Part shown: piece after piece, positions 13,001 through 20,665 of the stretch
How positions within the stretch are numbered: the first letter of the stretch is position 1
How the letters are laid out: each line of letters begins with the position of its first letter
Origin: a virus
Taxonomy: Duplodnaviria; Caudoviricetes
Length of the DNA: 64,000 nucleotides
Strand: one strand, 5' to 3'
IMG/VR virus record: IMGVR_UViG_3300020577_010124
Location: 106,563-170,562 of that record
Notes under the pieces: generated by a model
What the model was told of the DNA's origin: nothing
What the model saw: the letters and a program-made list of their open reading frames with translations, nothing else
Database searches by the model: none
Program-made: the position numbers and the translations under genes

Positions 13001-13778
13001 TCGCGGCGAAAGCATACTAAAAGTAGGCGATAGCGTTTACGCAACTATTCGAGCAAATGACGGAACCCTATTCAGCGAAGTAGTTCGTTCTCAAGCTCTT
13101 AGTGTTATAGAGGCTCCTCCGTTTATCTCTAACGTTATAGTAAAGGGAAAGAGAAATGACGGTTCGCTTCAAGATACTGTAACAACTGCTACAAGAGCAT
13201 TTGCTAGCTTTGCTTTCTTCCAAGACGGAACAGGAACAACCAAGTCGCAGATCATCTGGTTTGTCAATGGTATTGAGTTCAAGAGAGGAAACCTCAATGA
13301 AATCGTTGGAGGTATTTCCAACAACGAAATTATTGTTGGAGAAATCAAGAACAACATTCTTGGTATAACTTTGGGCAATACTATTGAGGTTCAGATACTT
13401 CCAGTTTCAGGTTCTATTATTGGAAATCCAGTAACTAGTTCTCCTATCTCTGTAGAGAATGATCCTCCTTCTGTAAGAAATGTAGCAGTCAGCCCAAGTC
13501 CAACAGCTTCGTCGTCGTCAGCATTGCAGCTAACGTATGTCTACGTTGATGTAGAATCTCAACAACAAGGCAGTACGCAGAACGACCAGAGTTCCGTCAA
13601 GTGGTATCGAGCCGCAAGGGGTTCAAGCGAGTTTGTAGAGGTTAGTTCTTTGCAAAATCAGAAGATTGTCCCTGCGGTGAATACCTCTTCGGGCGAGATG
13701 TGGAAAGCCGAAGTAATTCCATTCGACGGAATTAGCGTTGGCACAACTGTAGTAAGCAATATCATAACGATTATTTGA
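4038..13778 (+). CDS. 3246-aa multidomain protein: interrupted vWA, FN3-like, LamG/ConA-like, six-blade Kelch, Ig-like; putative virion/baseplate adhesin
   Basis: MIDAS IVMDQSGS; LamG TMMAWIYP...QWNHVAVT; Kelch GG motifs QLYAIGG, YIYVFGG, KVYIIGG, FIHVLGG, IHYFLGG, YVYVGGG; distal vWA half LYDAL...NTDNEEN...ISNETGG. Confidence 0.7.
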   Translation: MILTKASVFLRIVGNPSSLVSFVVPEEGFVSFDAANFSKLEQGDPYVVFDVVADDYYGSGYLSVGYKRLEYLWPTITYPITAEKTGKYNLFIRVKTSGEFFNFSLLINGVNLLDKIVTTPQNQWTWISLPLVIADKKKFDLSIIPKTEGCLIDSFHISVNDTLPDVIEYQNSFLTVHFRMYEIDSDYQPNISLPIYGYKTSIEDILDDNWYNFSLETLPAYISKTFNLHYAATLFVSGSSESLYIMWDYAQDNGFTLDPYLQTCSLVLDSDTKTWSIDCEKKFALRLYSSRDAIDENACKAIVPASALTTKTVKTFSTNTSPVFVNTKAVPTIENEEKVQLSLPDRIVSIVMDQSGSQTWNDSSGVRHELARRMVDKLNATYPGDLKYNLVNFQSTPIKINFFAVTENDNLNTSDAGAAASEFFEDQESGYAGVRIVRKQGSYPTGPLDGDIVTEGFLERAFSDGLEEGQEYYYAAYTFNSSGVFSEGTFIKATPRERILPHGVGNFTSRVIIGTGVRRDENTIGLWHFNEGIDQTIYDFSDTSFTLTSSDDFIWLNFSDVPSGTSGVRFNGTATRFVGTDSNGDFVKSHYTMMAWIYPFDFNSKRTIVSRESSSTSAVGFRFGINTNKTLFFTLDDSTIASSSALLTANQWNHVAVTVDVSGNVASFYINGYFAGSGTLAQGANHSVAAMNLYIGGRQSSFFGKMTELSIHDSLRSAAYIAEAAVQPETSTDKLLDNGDRLVLLTYVVSDDFNYPGGTVRILRKESVGPAVFDYATSSSGSSPQLVFKGFGAGPSHENDGDVVYETSASSGSFTIALPYDYVLDRTYNYRIYSSNVLGNFSSNSDSPTIPIKIPNFKTKAARNAAISMPLIAPVENATLTIGNHKNYITWDAVTDENAEQVLVYWSDSGFPIISNDQGVDAGAILVFSGKPSDTYVVDRNIDNQIVSYYAIVVADKYGFYSQPVFVSGVPVSNAFEGNIPLLTISNLGYQIVNENALSLSWDAPVKFQKDIEAWFDQRVALYAQITDEFGAPIADNSQISFTATASVGSAQLAEDVFGETISGQALVPDAKSCFILSSSSIGNGFIRGVFRMTSDLDILSAINQLSADVRVSYSIPDRDNPGSNVFEFTSLPVHIEMDNPFSMEMLNIGDNNGFFGEGTSSGRGSKRRRRGSGAAPHVGSAATSAGGDTVKVLCKRTVPLDDQSFISSGGLEFDPDKFKEFPGCWIRRTRPFVSRVVILYRGEAISNAPDCDVAVFEASDPQCDRDDSSSNPCSQSGGGASSSPPEFVPGFSSRRSRSVQPPATSLPFRTGLQLLNDGTTKLVSYVDIPLKAPRTPQAIMLFAKTGYNGFFARKKMYVVFDNILRIETTIEPPESNCIDVAEQQAKVYLIDPDSTDVENPRKLAVPDSQIVRWELRKGTSGKDRPFYSTDNVPTGPGVFSYTRSGSARKVFFGPACGVTWLTYVPCPGNIILLPELYAIKASVIYDGLHAFEERPAIVYPPGDVRGFGSRFLMQMPNFVNDIYADGYDLAHVTIYHDPNIASGQIADCFKQCARDFNRPIFSLGNGQIVDIESGGDFEILYGDSLQVTFDEALDEYVITNASQEIGFAQIPLAQSGNRTDFYIRINKFLGRPQPVKPNDNQDQDPLSSTNQCSCIEVPPGLSSKTDLKIITGKTSIMFNGQTRFLSGGGDLKNGVPPTTIALREPLDISIVDIRRNGESVEKILCDSLSVHEFIVEVKFKDKAVPNGTPVFLTVGGINPEKIVLFSDTIFTQKLNDPILNPEGNKRSFASFFVYPFSAQAAFSGQVQAETNYDKRGDVVRSMTACITIKYDPSEKKPEATVTPEGEISSVFSGSLDVYDTYTDTWSQKALMKYPRGCLTLDWSFDAYGEQLYAIGGLNGKSILSYNEMYDIANDIWHTKKQMRVARFYHMSVQDSGYIYVFGGIVADGSVLAISRSVERYDIVNDVWEDVASLPIFGENPYGVAMGACVKLDNKVYIIGGIRKIGPQGSIEAMNDRVLVFDLDTQTWSWSSVYEDLDLALFTRISPTAFADKNGGFIHVLGGAVAGERDADTGAQSLEFLTDTFNINISTFAVVQDDYLYDNLPKPRYRNGHAQIGDIHYFLGGTNGKSQVLNLFESVEETSPVFTEQRLENMPKAKTAFGSTSDSWRYVYVGGGLTSGRPEGFLQILAEANPGSIRLDGQQSATVNIELKNDVGEHPNKSIRVLVQGIVLFKNATANQDGSGGTNSQQQSANSAARDALIYPVVFSSNDFVINNGVGATIMLPRSEDILKKVDEIKRKLGIVDPVTGDNGQAEDNTLVINEGEIRNPYTIKVRITILDGFYYGQTVIDIKDNQDSSVSTTPVELPPPTETTTTVSTPSGPQTTTTTTFSGCKEASGSQFAPIANQGSQTPTTDGSNVVIDQGLQQSDNPIFDLNPSQAPQLDSPTVSYFSDIEWIPQVIISVDNGDYGSIIKNLNRMRNEIPFGASQLYDALSKTASLMLGEELDSFAKSIYVNTDNEENLSFVTVDTAIEDIQAVDGFAETPVLINNLSVVFPLTLSAQLARTDTENLDRISNETGGQSQTVIDASYIDEVLNNAIGRVTGSIGWGIYECIIDLGKNSIINTIAIECELYPNTEGNWKISTSEDGFNYSVYSDPFNVNKDIQLTNVVGRYLKFSITLLSGLSASIESEYDLTPTPGVPAITGILIDYNIPTESFIYMNSDVLDRSPQQVAIAVSANRPLLSEIDVGVTTSKSTNWSDYYSGSQPSVDRFGKIFVPIRYTQTQDHTLDESLENIDGFMWKTIYGRWDVTSQVTIKDEDNNIVDPDIYRLYPQEGMVIFNSKQTGSFSISVENAGRIKVGLRVLNSDSEQAVQINGLGYMYNTNVFLPPPLSQRPPTVTDFNITPSELTIYQKIGLTYRYFDINQLDEQLDKSEIKWFINGVEVEYLRNVRTWNDITNTEDPIWIYAFTFSSSDVPSGTTVEQYARSRGESILKVGDSVYATIRANDGTLFSEVVRSQALSVIEAPPFISNVIVKGKRNDGSLQDTVTTATRAFASFAFFQDGTGTTKSQIIWFVNGIEFKRGNLNEIVGGISNNEIIVGEIKNNILGITLGNTIEVQILPVSGSIIGNPVTSSPISVENDPPSVRNVAVSPSPTASSSSALQLTYVYVDVESQQQGSTQNDQSSVKWYRAARGSSEFVEVSSLQNQKIVPAVNTSSGEMWKAEVIPFDGISVGTTVVSNIITII

Positions 13779-13779
13779 T

Positions 13780-14544
13780 ATGTCTAAAGAAGCATACTTC
13801 CCTACAACTGTAGTTGTTCTCTGTTATAACAACAGAAGTGTTACGGAAAAGTTTATGGAACTTTTCAAGGCTAACACAACTAACTACAATCTGATTATCA
13901 TTGACAACGGTTCCTCTGATGGGACCGTTGATTATCTTAATGAAATCTTTCCTACATTTGAAGGCAATGCCGAGCTAATACTTAATCAAGAAAACTTGGG
14001 TGTCATTGGCGGACGCAACCAGGGTTTTGGAGAGTTCTTGAGTCAAGCTCCTTATCCAACAAAAGGAATGCCGTTTCGATATTCCGAATATTTATGCTTT
14101 CTCGATAATGATCAGTTTGTTAGACAAGGATGGCTTACTCAATATCATGAGTTTATGCAAAAGGGTAACTATGATATGATAGGAGCGGACGCTTGGCTAA
14201 TGGATTCAAAGTTTATGCCAAGACACAACTGTTCAAGGGCTGGGGAATCTTTTACCTATGTTGGTTGCGGCGGAATGATGATAAAGCGAAAGGTTGTTGA
14301 AGACCTAAAAGGCTTTGATCCTCAGTTTAATCCAGCATATTTTGAAGATCCTGATTACAACTTTCGCGCAAGAGAAAAAGGCTATAAGATTGGCTGGAAC
14401 TATCAAGCTCGAATAACTCATCTTCCGCATCAAACCCTAGGCAAGTCAAATGATAGAATGAAATATTTTGTACAAAGCTTTGATAGGTTCAAGGCAAAAT
14501 GGAAGGGTAAGGAATTTCCTGCCCTTAGACAAAATCCGATTTAA
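13780..14544 (+). CDS. GT2-family glycosyltransferase
   Basis: VVVLCYNN, IIIDNGSSDGT, FLDND, YFEDPDYNFR. Confidence 0.85.
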   Translation: MSKEAYFPTTVVVLCYNNRSVTEKFMELFKANTTNYNLIIIDNGSSDGTVDYLNEIFPTFEGNAELILNQENLGVIGGRNQGFGEFLSQAPYPTKGMPFRYSEYLCFLDNDQFVRQGWLTQYHEFMQKGNYDMIGADAWLMDSKFMPRHNCSRAGESFTYVGCGGMMIKRKVVEDLKGFDPQFNPAYFEDPDYNFRAREKGYKIGWNYQARITHLPHQTLGKSNDRMKYFVQSFDRFKAKWKGKEFPALRQNPI

Positions 14545-14548
14545 CTGC

Positions 14549-15664
14549 ATGAAGCTTTTAGTATGCACTAATTTTGCCCAACCCTTTCATACAGGCGGAG
14601 CCGAGAGGGTCGTTCAGCAAATAACAGAATCGCTTACCCAAGAACATAAATGGGAATGCTCTGTTCTATGTCAATTTGGAACTAAACCTATTGTTCATAA
14701 TGGAGTTCAGGTAATTCCTATTGGCAATGCTCCCGAGAAGACTTTTCTAGATACTGTCGAAGCTATAAATCCTGACCATATCTTTGTTTACAGCGATTGG
14801 TATTCTCATTGGGAAACCTTGCTCAAGAATGCCGAAAAACTTCGCGCAAAAAAGAGTATTGGACTGGTCGGAATGAATCGGATGCGTTCTCCGCTTACTG
14901 CCAACGCCTCAATAGCTCAATCATTTCGGTCTAAGCATCATTTGTTCAAAGTATTAGCTCATGCAGACAAGTATATAGATGCTCAAACTTGTAGAGAATG
15001 GGGAATCCCTGTTTCAATTATACATAATGCAATAGACCTAGAAGAATTTTCTCCTCCAACTCTTGATTTTAGGAAAGTATACAATATCAAGACTAAGAAG
15101 ATGCTTCTATGCGTGGCTAACTTTTTTCATGGTAAAGGACAGGAATATTTACTTCCTATTATGAAAAGGTTATCAGACCAGGATGTAACTCTTGTGTTTA
15201 TTTGTTCTACTTTGGCATTTCGTCCAGGAAACCTCAGGATGAAGCAAATATCAGAGCAGATAACGAGAATGAATCTTCCTATACGCATTCTTCAAGATAT
15301 CCCTCGATCTCATGTTATATCAGCGTATTTTGCCTCAGACGCTTTTGTTTTCCCTTCGCAAACTGAATGCGGCCCCATTGTAGTTCTTGAATCTATGGCC
15401 GCAGGGAAGCCTTGGGTTGCTCTAAATGTTGGTCATATCCCCGAACTCAAAGGGGGTATTTGCGTGCATTCCGTGCCAGGCAGGGGCGAATACCTAGCTT
15501 TTGACGATCGAGTTTCTACCGAGTTTGAAAGCGCAACTCGGAAACTGCTTTCGGATTCAACTCTTTCCGAGCAGATGGGCTTTGAGGGTCGGGCGCAAAT
15601 AGGCCAAGAATACAATTGGTCGATTATAAGTAGACAGTATAAAGAGTTTTTTGAAAGTGCCTAA
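14549..15664 (+). CDS. GT4-family (GT-B) glycosyltransferase
   Basis: GGAERVV, HNAID, KGQE, FVFPSQTECGPIVVLESMAAGKP; ATG 14549 preferred over tracked 14468. Confidence 0.85.
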   Translation: MKLLVCTNFAQPFHTGGAERVVQQITESLTQEHKWECSVLCQFGTKPIVHNGVQVIPIGNAPEKTFLDTVEAINPDHIFVYSDWYSHWETLLKNAEKLRAKKSIGLVGMNRMRSPLTANASIAQSFRSKHHLFKVLAHADKYIDAQTCREWGIPVSIIHNAIDLEEFSPPTLDFRKVYNIKTKKMLLCVANFFHGKGQEYLLPIMKRLSDQDVTLVFICSTLAFRPGNLRMKQISEQITRMNLPIRILQDIPRSHVISAYFASDAFVFPSQTECGPIVVLESMAAGKPWVALNVGHIPELKGGICVHSVPGRGEYLAFDDRVSTEFESATRKLLSDSTLSEQMGFEGRAQIGQEYNWSIISRQYKEFFESA

Positions 15665-16391
15665 AGTAAGCGTCATAACTCCCGTCTACAACTGCGAATC
15701 CTTTGTCAAGGAATCGTTGTCTTCTGTTCTGAATCAAACTTTTCAGGATTTTGAGTTCATCATTATCAATGATGGCTCGACCGATAAAACTCATGATATC
15801 GTCTCGTCCTTTAAGGACAAGCGTATTCGTTACATAAGTCATGAAGACAATAAGGGAGTTATGGAGAGATCGAAGGAAGCTATTGAGCTTGCCGTAGGAG
15901 AATATATTGCCGTCCATGACGGAGACGACGTAAGCATGTCTATTCGCTTAGAGCAAGAAGTGGCCTACCTAGATGCTAACCCTGAAATTTTTTGCGTAGG
16001 TGGACGAGCAAAGAAGATAGACATGAATGGATTCTTCATAGGAGACTGGGACTTCCCAACTCCTAATCATGACGACATTGTAAAGATGCTAAGGATACAT
16101 AAAAAATGCCCTATCATCAATCCTACCTCAATGTACCGTCTTTCAGTCTATAACGAACTAGGCGGGTATTCTTCTCGCAAAGAAGTAGACGGCGCTCATG
16201 ATTTCGACTTTTGGTGCCGAGCTATCTTGGCGGGTAAGAAGTTTCATAATATACAAGACTATCTGATCAAATACAGAGTAAACACAGAAGGCATGACTCG
16301 TAGACAGAAGCTAAAACAGTTTGCTGCATATAACACGGTCATGCTTGAATTTTTGCAAAGGATAAAGAATGTTCAACTTCACGGCTCCTAA
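15651..16391 (+). CDS. GT2-family glycosyltransferase
   Basis: VSVITPVYN, IIINDGSTD, HDGDD, DFDFW. Confidence 0.85.
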   Translation: MKVPKVSVITPVYNCESFVKESLSSVLNQTFQDFEFIIINDGSTDKTHDIVSSFKDKRIRYISHEDNKGVMERSKEAIELAVGEYIAVHDGDDVSMSIRLEQEVAYLDANPEIFCVGGRAKKIDMNGFFIGDWDFPTPNHDDIVKMLRIHKKCPIINPTSMYRLSVYNELGGYSSRKEVDGAHDFDFWCRAILAGKKFHNIQDYLIKYRVNTEGMTRRQKLKQFAAYNTVMLEFLQRIKNVQLHGS

Positions 16392-17562
16392 ATGGACTAA
16401 TGAGCAAATGGAGATTTTGTACACGGAGCGTCAAAAAGGAACTCCATACAAAGTCATCAGTAACATGGTTAAAAGATCTGAGGGCGCTTGCTCAGATAAG
16501 TACCTATCAACCGATTGGTCGCAATATGACTTTTTTGTTGCGGACGCAGACGAGATAAAGAAAGCAAAGATCGAAGAAGGCAACTTCAAGGTTGAGCTTA
16601 GTATCCAAAACAAGCTTGCGAAGTTTCAGCTTCAGGCGGATATTGTTGCGGACAAGCTTTTCCAGGCGGCAAGAAAACTCCCTATTGCTCCTATGCCTGT
16701 TTATCAGCCGTCTAATCAGCAGAAGCGAACCGCTGAAGATATGGGGCTTATTCTAAGCGATCTTCATATTGGACATGAACATACCAATGAAGAAACAGGC
16801 GGTCTATCAGAATACAATCTAGACATTTTCCATCAAAGAATGGAAAACCTGCGGTTGGCCGTTACGGACATCAAAGAACTTCATTCAAAGCTTTATAACA
16901 TTCCTAAGCTGCATATCTTTTGTTTAGGAGATATCGTAGAAGGAGCTAATACTGCGGGCGCATGGTCGCCTGTGTATATTGGTACGCCTATCTTCGATCA
17001 GGTTATGATTGGTTATAGAACCATTGCTGACTTCATCTATTATATGCTTACCTTGTTTGAAGAAGTTCATTTCTATGGTTTGGGCGGAAATCACGGTCGT
17101 ATCGCTCCTAGCGGCGCAGAAAAGAAGTATAACAACTTTGATCATTTCTGTTATAAGTATCTTGAGCTAGAGTTCAAGAACGAACCTCGAATCAAGTTCC
17201 ATGTTCCAAAGACCTGGTGGATGATTGAGGAAATATTGAATCATAAGTTCCTCATGGTTCACGGCGACGACGTAAAAGCCAAGAACCCTCCTGTTTCTTC
17301 GTTCTTGGAACTTGAGCGAAAGATGACAGGTATTACAAAGCAGATTCCTAACTATACGCTTTGCGGTCACTTCCATAATTGCTCAGAGTATACAACTCAC
17401 AATGGTAAGGTTCTTATGAATGGTTCATTCGTAGGAGCAGACGTTTATTCTTTGAGTAATGCAATGCCTGGAACAAGTCCAGAACAGAAGTTGTTTGGAA
17501 TACATCCGAAGATTGGTATTACTTGGACTTATAATGTCAATCTAAAGCATTCCCGCAACTAA
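16369..17562 (+). CDS. Calcineurin-like metallophosphoesterase with N-terminal HTH/Myb-like segment
   Basis: SDLHIG, LGDIVEG, GGNHGR, VHGD, CGHFH. Confidence 0.8.
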   Translation: MFNFTAPKWTNEQMEILYTERQKGTPYKVISNMVKRSEGACSDKYLSTDWSQYDFFVADADEIKKAKIEEGNFKVELSIQNKLAKFQLQADIVADKLFQAARKLPIAPMPVYQPSNQQKRTAEDMGLILSDLHIGHEHTNEETGGLSEYNLDIFHQRMENLRLAVTDIKELHSKLYNIPKLHIFCLGDIVEGANTAGAWSPVYIGTPIFDQVMIGYRTIADFIYYMLTLFEEVHFYGLGGNHGRIAPSGAEKKYNNFDHFCYKYLELEFKNEPRIKFHVPKTWWMIEEILNHKFLMVHGDDVKAKNPPVSSFLELERKMTGITKQIPNYTLCGHFHNCSEYTTHNGKVLMNGSFVGADVYSLSNAMPGTSPEQKLFGIHPKIGITWTYNVNLKHSRN

Positions 17563-17590
17563 AGGAAATGCTAACAATTTTGTGAATAAC
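17563..17590 (+). promoter_or_regulatory. Putative alternative-sigma promoter AGGA-N17-GAATAAC
   Basis: Intergenic; same architecture recurs at 40798 and 55336; resembles sigma-H-type AGGA/GAAT consensus. Confidence 0.4.
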
Positions 17591-17595
17591 ATTGC

Positions 17596-18660
17596 ATGGA
17601 CTACAAAATAAGCAATTTCAGTTTGGTTCACAAGGCCTTGCAGGTACTCTGCAAAAGGCTAGACTGTGACTTTATAGACCTTCCTGTAAGATTTGAGGAA
17701 GTAGACTCGCCATCCTTTGATAAGCGCGGTATAGTTATCAAAAAGGGCAAATCCGTATTAGATACGATGGTCTATATCTATTCAGCATATGTCAATGCAA
17801 TGGGAGCTATTTGTGGGCGAAACATAGACACGCTGGAAGCAAGACATTCTTTGACAAATCTCTTCATAGCAATGTTGAGAGATTTTAGAACCGAATACGG
17901 TAGCAAATCAGTCTTCAATAGCGACGATACGTTTCTTATGAAGCTTGACCAGTTTCCTGTAGTATGGTTGTTGCTTAAAAACATTTTCTGTCCTTATAAG
18001 AATCTACCACTAACAAATGCGAGAGTCGTAGCAACTTCCGCTAGCGATCATGATGTAGCTATTTACGTCAAAGAAGGCGATACGATTGAAAATGGAGACG
18101 AGTATCCTTGCATTTTTGTAAACCTTGATATTGAGAAAAATGCTGTACGTTCGGCTTTTCTTCTAGTTGAAGCTCTAAGACTTCATATGGACGAAAAAGA
18201 ATCTCCTGAAGCATTGATACGAGAAGTATTTTCTAACTTCTTTATGAGGGACCGTCTTATTGATTTCCTTGGAATGGCCTTTATCAATGACGACGAGGTT
18301 TCGAACTTTTTAGCTGTACTTTCTATTCTTTGTCAATCAAAAGAAATTGAAGACATTGCTATGGGAGTCAAGAAACTCGGGGACGTAAAAACGGCTCAAG
18401 CGAATCCATATGTAGGTAACTGGTGGTTCTTAGGTTTACATGAGAAAATGCTAGATTCGGTTCGAGGTCCAGATTGGTCTACGTCTGTTGCTCTAAAGAA
18501 CTTCAATCAAGAACTTTGGGACAAAGTGGAAGACGAGCGAAAGAGAAGGGGAATGTCCGAACTTCCTTTTGAACTTTTGTTGAGAGTCCAAAGCGAAGGC
18601 TTACAAGCGACTCCTAATCAGACGATGCAAGAGTTGTTGTCAAAAACAAGAATTTGGTAA
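17596..18660 (+). CDS. Hypothetical protein
   Basis: 354-aa ORF filling the gap in a co-directional gene array. Confidence 0.7.
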   Translation: MDYKISNFSLVHKALQVLCKRLDCDFIDLPVRFEEVDSPSFDKRGIVIKKGKSVLDTMVYIYSAYVNAMGAICGRNIDTLEARHSLTNLFIAMLRDFRTEYGSKSVFNSDDTFLMKLDQFPVVWLLLKNIFCPYKNLPLTNARVVATSASDHDVAIYVKEGDTIENGDEYPCIFVNLDIEKNAVRSAFLLVEALRLHMDEKESPEALIREVFSNFFMRDRLIDFLGMAFINDDEVSNFLAVLSILCQSKEIEDIAMGVKKLGDVKTAQANPYVGNWWFLGLHEKMLDSVRGPDWSTSVALKNFNQELWDKVEDERKRRGMSELPFELLLRVQSEGLQATPNQTMQELLSKTRIW

Positions 18661-18669
18661 GGAAGAATT

Positions 18670-18921
18670 ATGCCAGAACCAATTGATTACAATGCAATGA
18701 CAGAGATCGAGTTCCTTAACAAGTCGGCAGCGACTATGGCTCGTCATGTAAAAAACATTGAGAACATGCTAACGATGATGCGCAATGGGCAGTTTATTGC
18801 TGCATATCAACAGTTGAGCGGAACTTATGAAGGGCTTGAGTATCTTAATCAAGTAACTAAAACTAGAGTCATCTTCAAGGGGGCAACTAGTGAAACTAAT
18901 ACAAACGCCAAGCCTAATTAA
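18670..18921 (+). CDS. Hypothetical protein
   Basis: 83-aa ORF with AAGGA upstream. Confidence 0.6.
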   Translation: MPEPIDYNAMTEIEFLNKSAATMARHVKNIENMLTMMRNGQFIAAYQQLSGTYEGLEYLNQVTKTRVIFKGATSETNTNAKPN

Positions 18922-19129
18922 GTTGATGTCTGATCTAAAGACTCAACCAGGCGTATTCCCTAATGAGAATAATGACGGTCAAGGCGGATTGTTTTATCAA
19001 GATCCTGCCGATGATCCTCAATCCATTATAAAGAGATGGAATCGAAAACAGAGAGTTCCTAAGCAACGCATTTACCAGCTAGGAATAGACGTACCAAGTG
19101 TGATAAAGAATAAGCCAGGGATGTTATGA
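18890..19129 (+). CDS. Hypothetical protein (alternative ATG start 18926)
   Basis: Fills gap; ATGA overlap with next gene. Confidence 0.55.
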   Translation: MKLIQTPSLIKLMSDLKTQPGVFPNENNDGQGGLFYQDPADDPQSIIKRWNRKQRVPKQRIYQLGIDVPSVIKNKPGML

Positions 19130-20664
19130 CCACAGCAGTAGCTACTGCGATTACTCTTCGCGTAACAGATTCGACAACATATGTTACAGGTAAGCTCTCA
19201 AAAGAGATTTATCAAGAGTTCAAAAAGACGCTCGGATACAAAGACCCAAATGCTATTTGGCGAGGCAGACAAGCCAAGGCCAAAAACTGGGACGGCTATC
19301 TTACGGCTGTTTGTTATAGTAAGACTCACTGTAAATGCTCTATCAAGAAAGACGGAGTTCACTTTCCCTCTGGATTGTACAGTAGGGCCGCTGATTTTTT
19401 CAAGGTCTATGGGGTTCCCTTTTCTGTTGTAGACGAGCGAAGTAGCTTTGCTAATAATCAAGTCCTTATAGGAACGAATCCTGATTTTCAGGTTCGAGAT
19501 TATCAGCAAGAAGTTATTGATAAAGCGACTAAACAGCAACGAGGCATCATTAAAGTTGCTACGGGCGGAGGTAAGACCGCTATTGGCGCAGGAATTATCT
19601 CTAAGCTTGGTGTTGGTCCGTTTATTTTCTATGTAACTTCTCAAGACCTTTTGCGTCAGGCAAAATCTGAGTTGCAACGATTCCTGAATATCAATGGGCT
19701 TCCTATAGACGTTGGCGTTATTGGAGGCGGCAAGTGCGAAGTTCGAGACGTAAACATCATGACTGTTCAAACAGCATGTAGAGCGCTCGGAGAAAAGTAC
19801 AAGAAGTTTGACGACGAAGATAGCGAAAAGGAAGAACTTTCGCAAGAAGCTAAAGACCGTTATGACGTTATTGCTAATCTGATCCATAACGCTAAGGGAA
19901 TGATCTGCGACGAAGTGCAGCATTGGGCTGCTGAAACGTGCCAGGTCATTGCTGACCATTCCTATAACGCTAGATTCAGATACGGTCTTTCTGCAACTCC
20001 TTGGCGAGATATGGGAGACGATCTCCTTATTGACGCTTGCTTTGGTCGGCAGATAGCAGATATCAATGCATCCTTTCTTATCAAGAAGGGCATCCTAGTT
20101 CGTCCTACAATCTATTTTGTTCATACTCGTAAGAAACTTGACGACGAGGCGACATACCAGACTGCCTACAAAGAAGGCATTGTGCAAAACGAAGAGCGCA
20201 ATCTTATGATTGCAAACATTGCGCAGAACATGGTTAGCGAAAAGCGCAATGTCCTTATTCTTGTCAAGCATATTGAACATGGAACATTGCTTGAAGCATT
20301 GATTCCTGATAGCTTCTTTATCAATGGTTCTCATAGCGATAAGATGAGAGCGGGTCATATCGAGGAAATGCGAATCAAGAAAGCTCCGATCACTATTGCA
20401 ACGTCAATCTTTGACGAAGGCGTTGACGTAAAGCCTCTTGACGGTCTTATCTTGGCTGGTAGTGGTAAGTCGCAAACTCGTGCTTTACAGCGTATTGGTA
20501 GAGTTATTCGTACATATGAAGACGTAGCTACAAACTTTGTGAAGAAAGACGCTTATGTTGTCGATTTTCACGATAACATGAAGTATATGCTCGGTCATAG
20601 TAGAGCGCGTCGTCGTATATACGAAACTGAACCCGAGTTTGTGATTAAGGACTTCAAAGCCTAA
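19126..20664 (+). CDS. SF2 DNA helicase, UvsW/RadD-like
   Basis: VRDYQ, ATGGGKT, DEVQH, LSATP, FDEGVD, QRIGRVIR. Confidence 0.85.
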   Translation: MTTAVATAITLRVTDSTTYVTGKLSKEIYQEFKKTLGYKDPNAIWRGRQAKAKNWDGYLTAVCYSKTHCKCSIKKDGVHFPSGLYSRAADFFKVYGVPFSVVDERSSFANNQVLIGTNPDFQVRDYQQEVIDKATKQQRGIIKVATGGGKTAIGAGIISKLGVGPFIFYVTSQDLLRQAKSELQRFLNINGLPIDVGVIGGGKCEVRDVNIMTVQTACRALGEKYKKFDDEDSEKEELSQEAKDRYDVIANLIHNAKGMICDEVQHWAAETCQVIADHSYNARFRYGLSATPWRDMGDDLLIDACFGRQIADINASFLIKKGILVRPTIYFVHTRKKLDDEATYQTAYKEGIVQNEERNLMIANIAQNMVSEKRNVLILVKHIEHGTLLEALIPDSFFINGSHSDKMRAGHIEEMRIKKAPITIATSIFDEGVDVKPLDGLILAGSGKSQTRALQRIGRVIRTYEDVATNFVKKDAYVVDFHDNMKYMLGHSRARRRIYETEPEFVIKDFKA

Positions 20665-20665
20665 T

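Noticed and set aside
19198-19959. 253-aa minus-strand ORF (and the many other minus-strand/alternate-frame ORFs in the track)
   Set aside because: Entirely antisense to or inside well-supported + strand genes, with no motifs; shadow ORFs.
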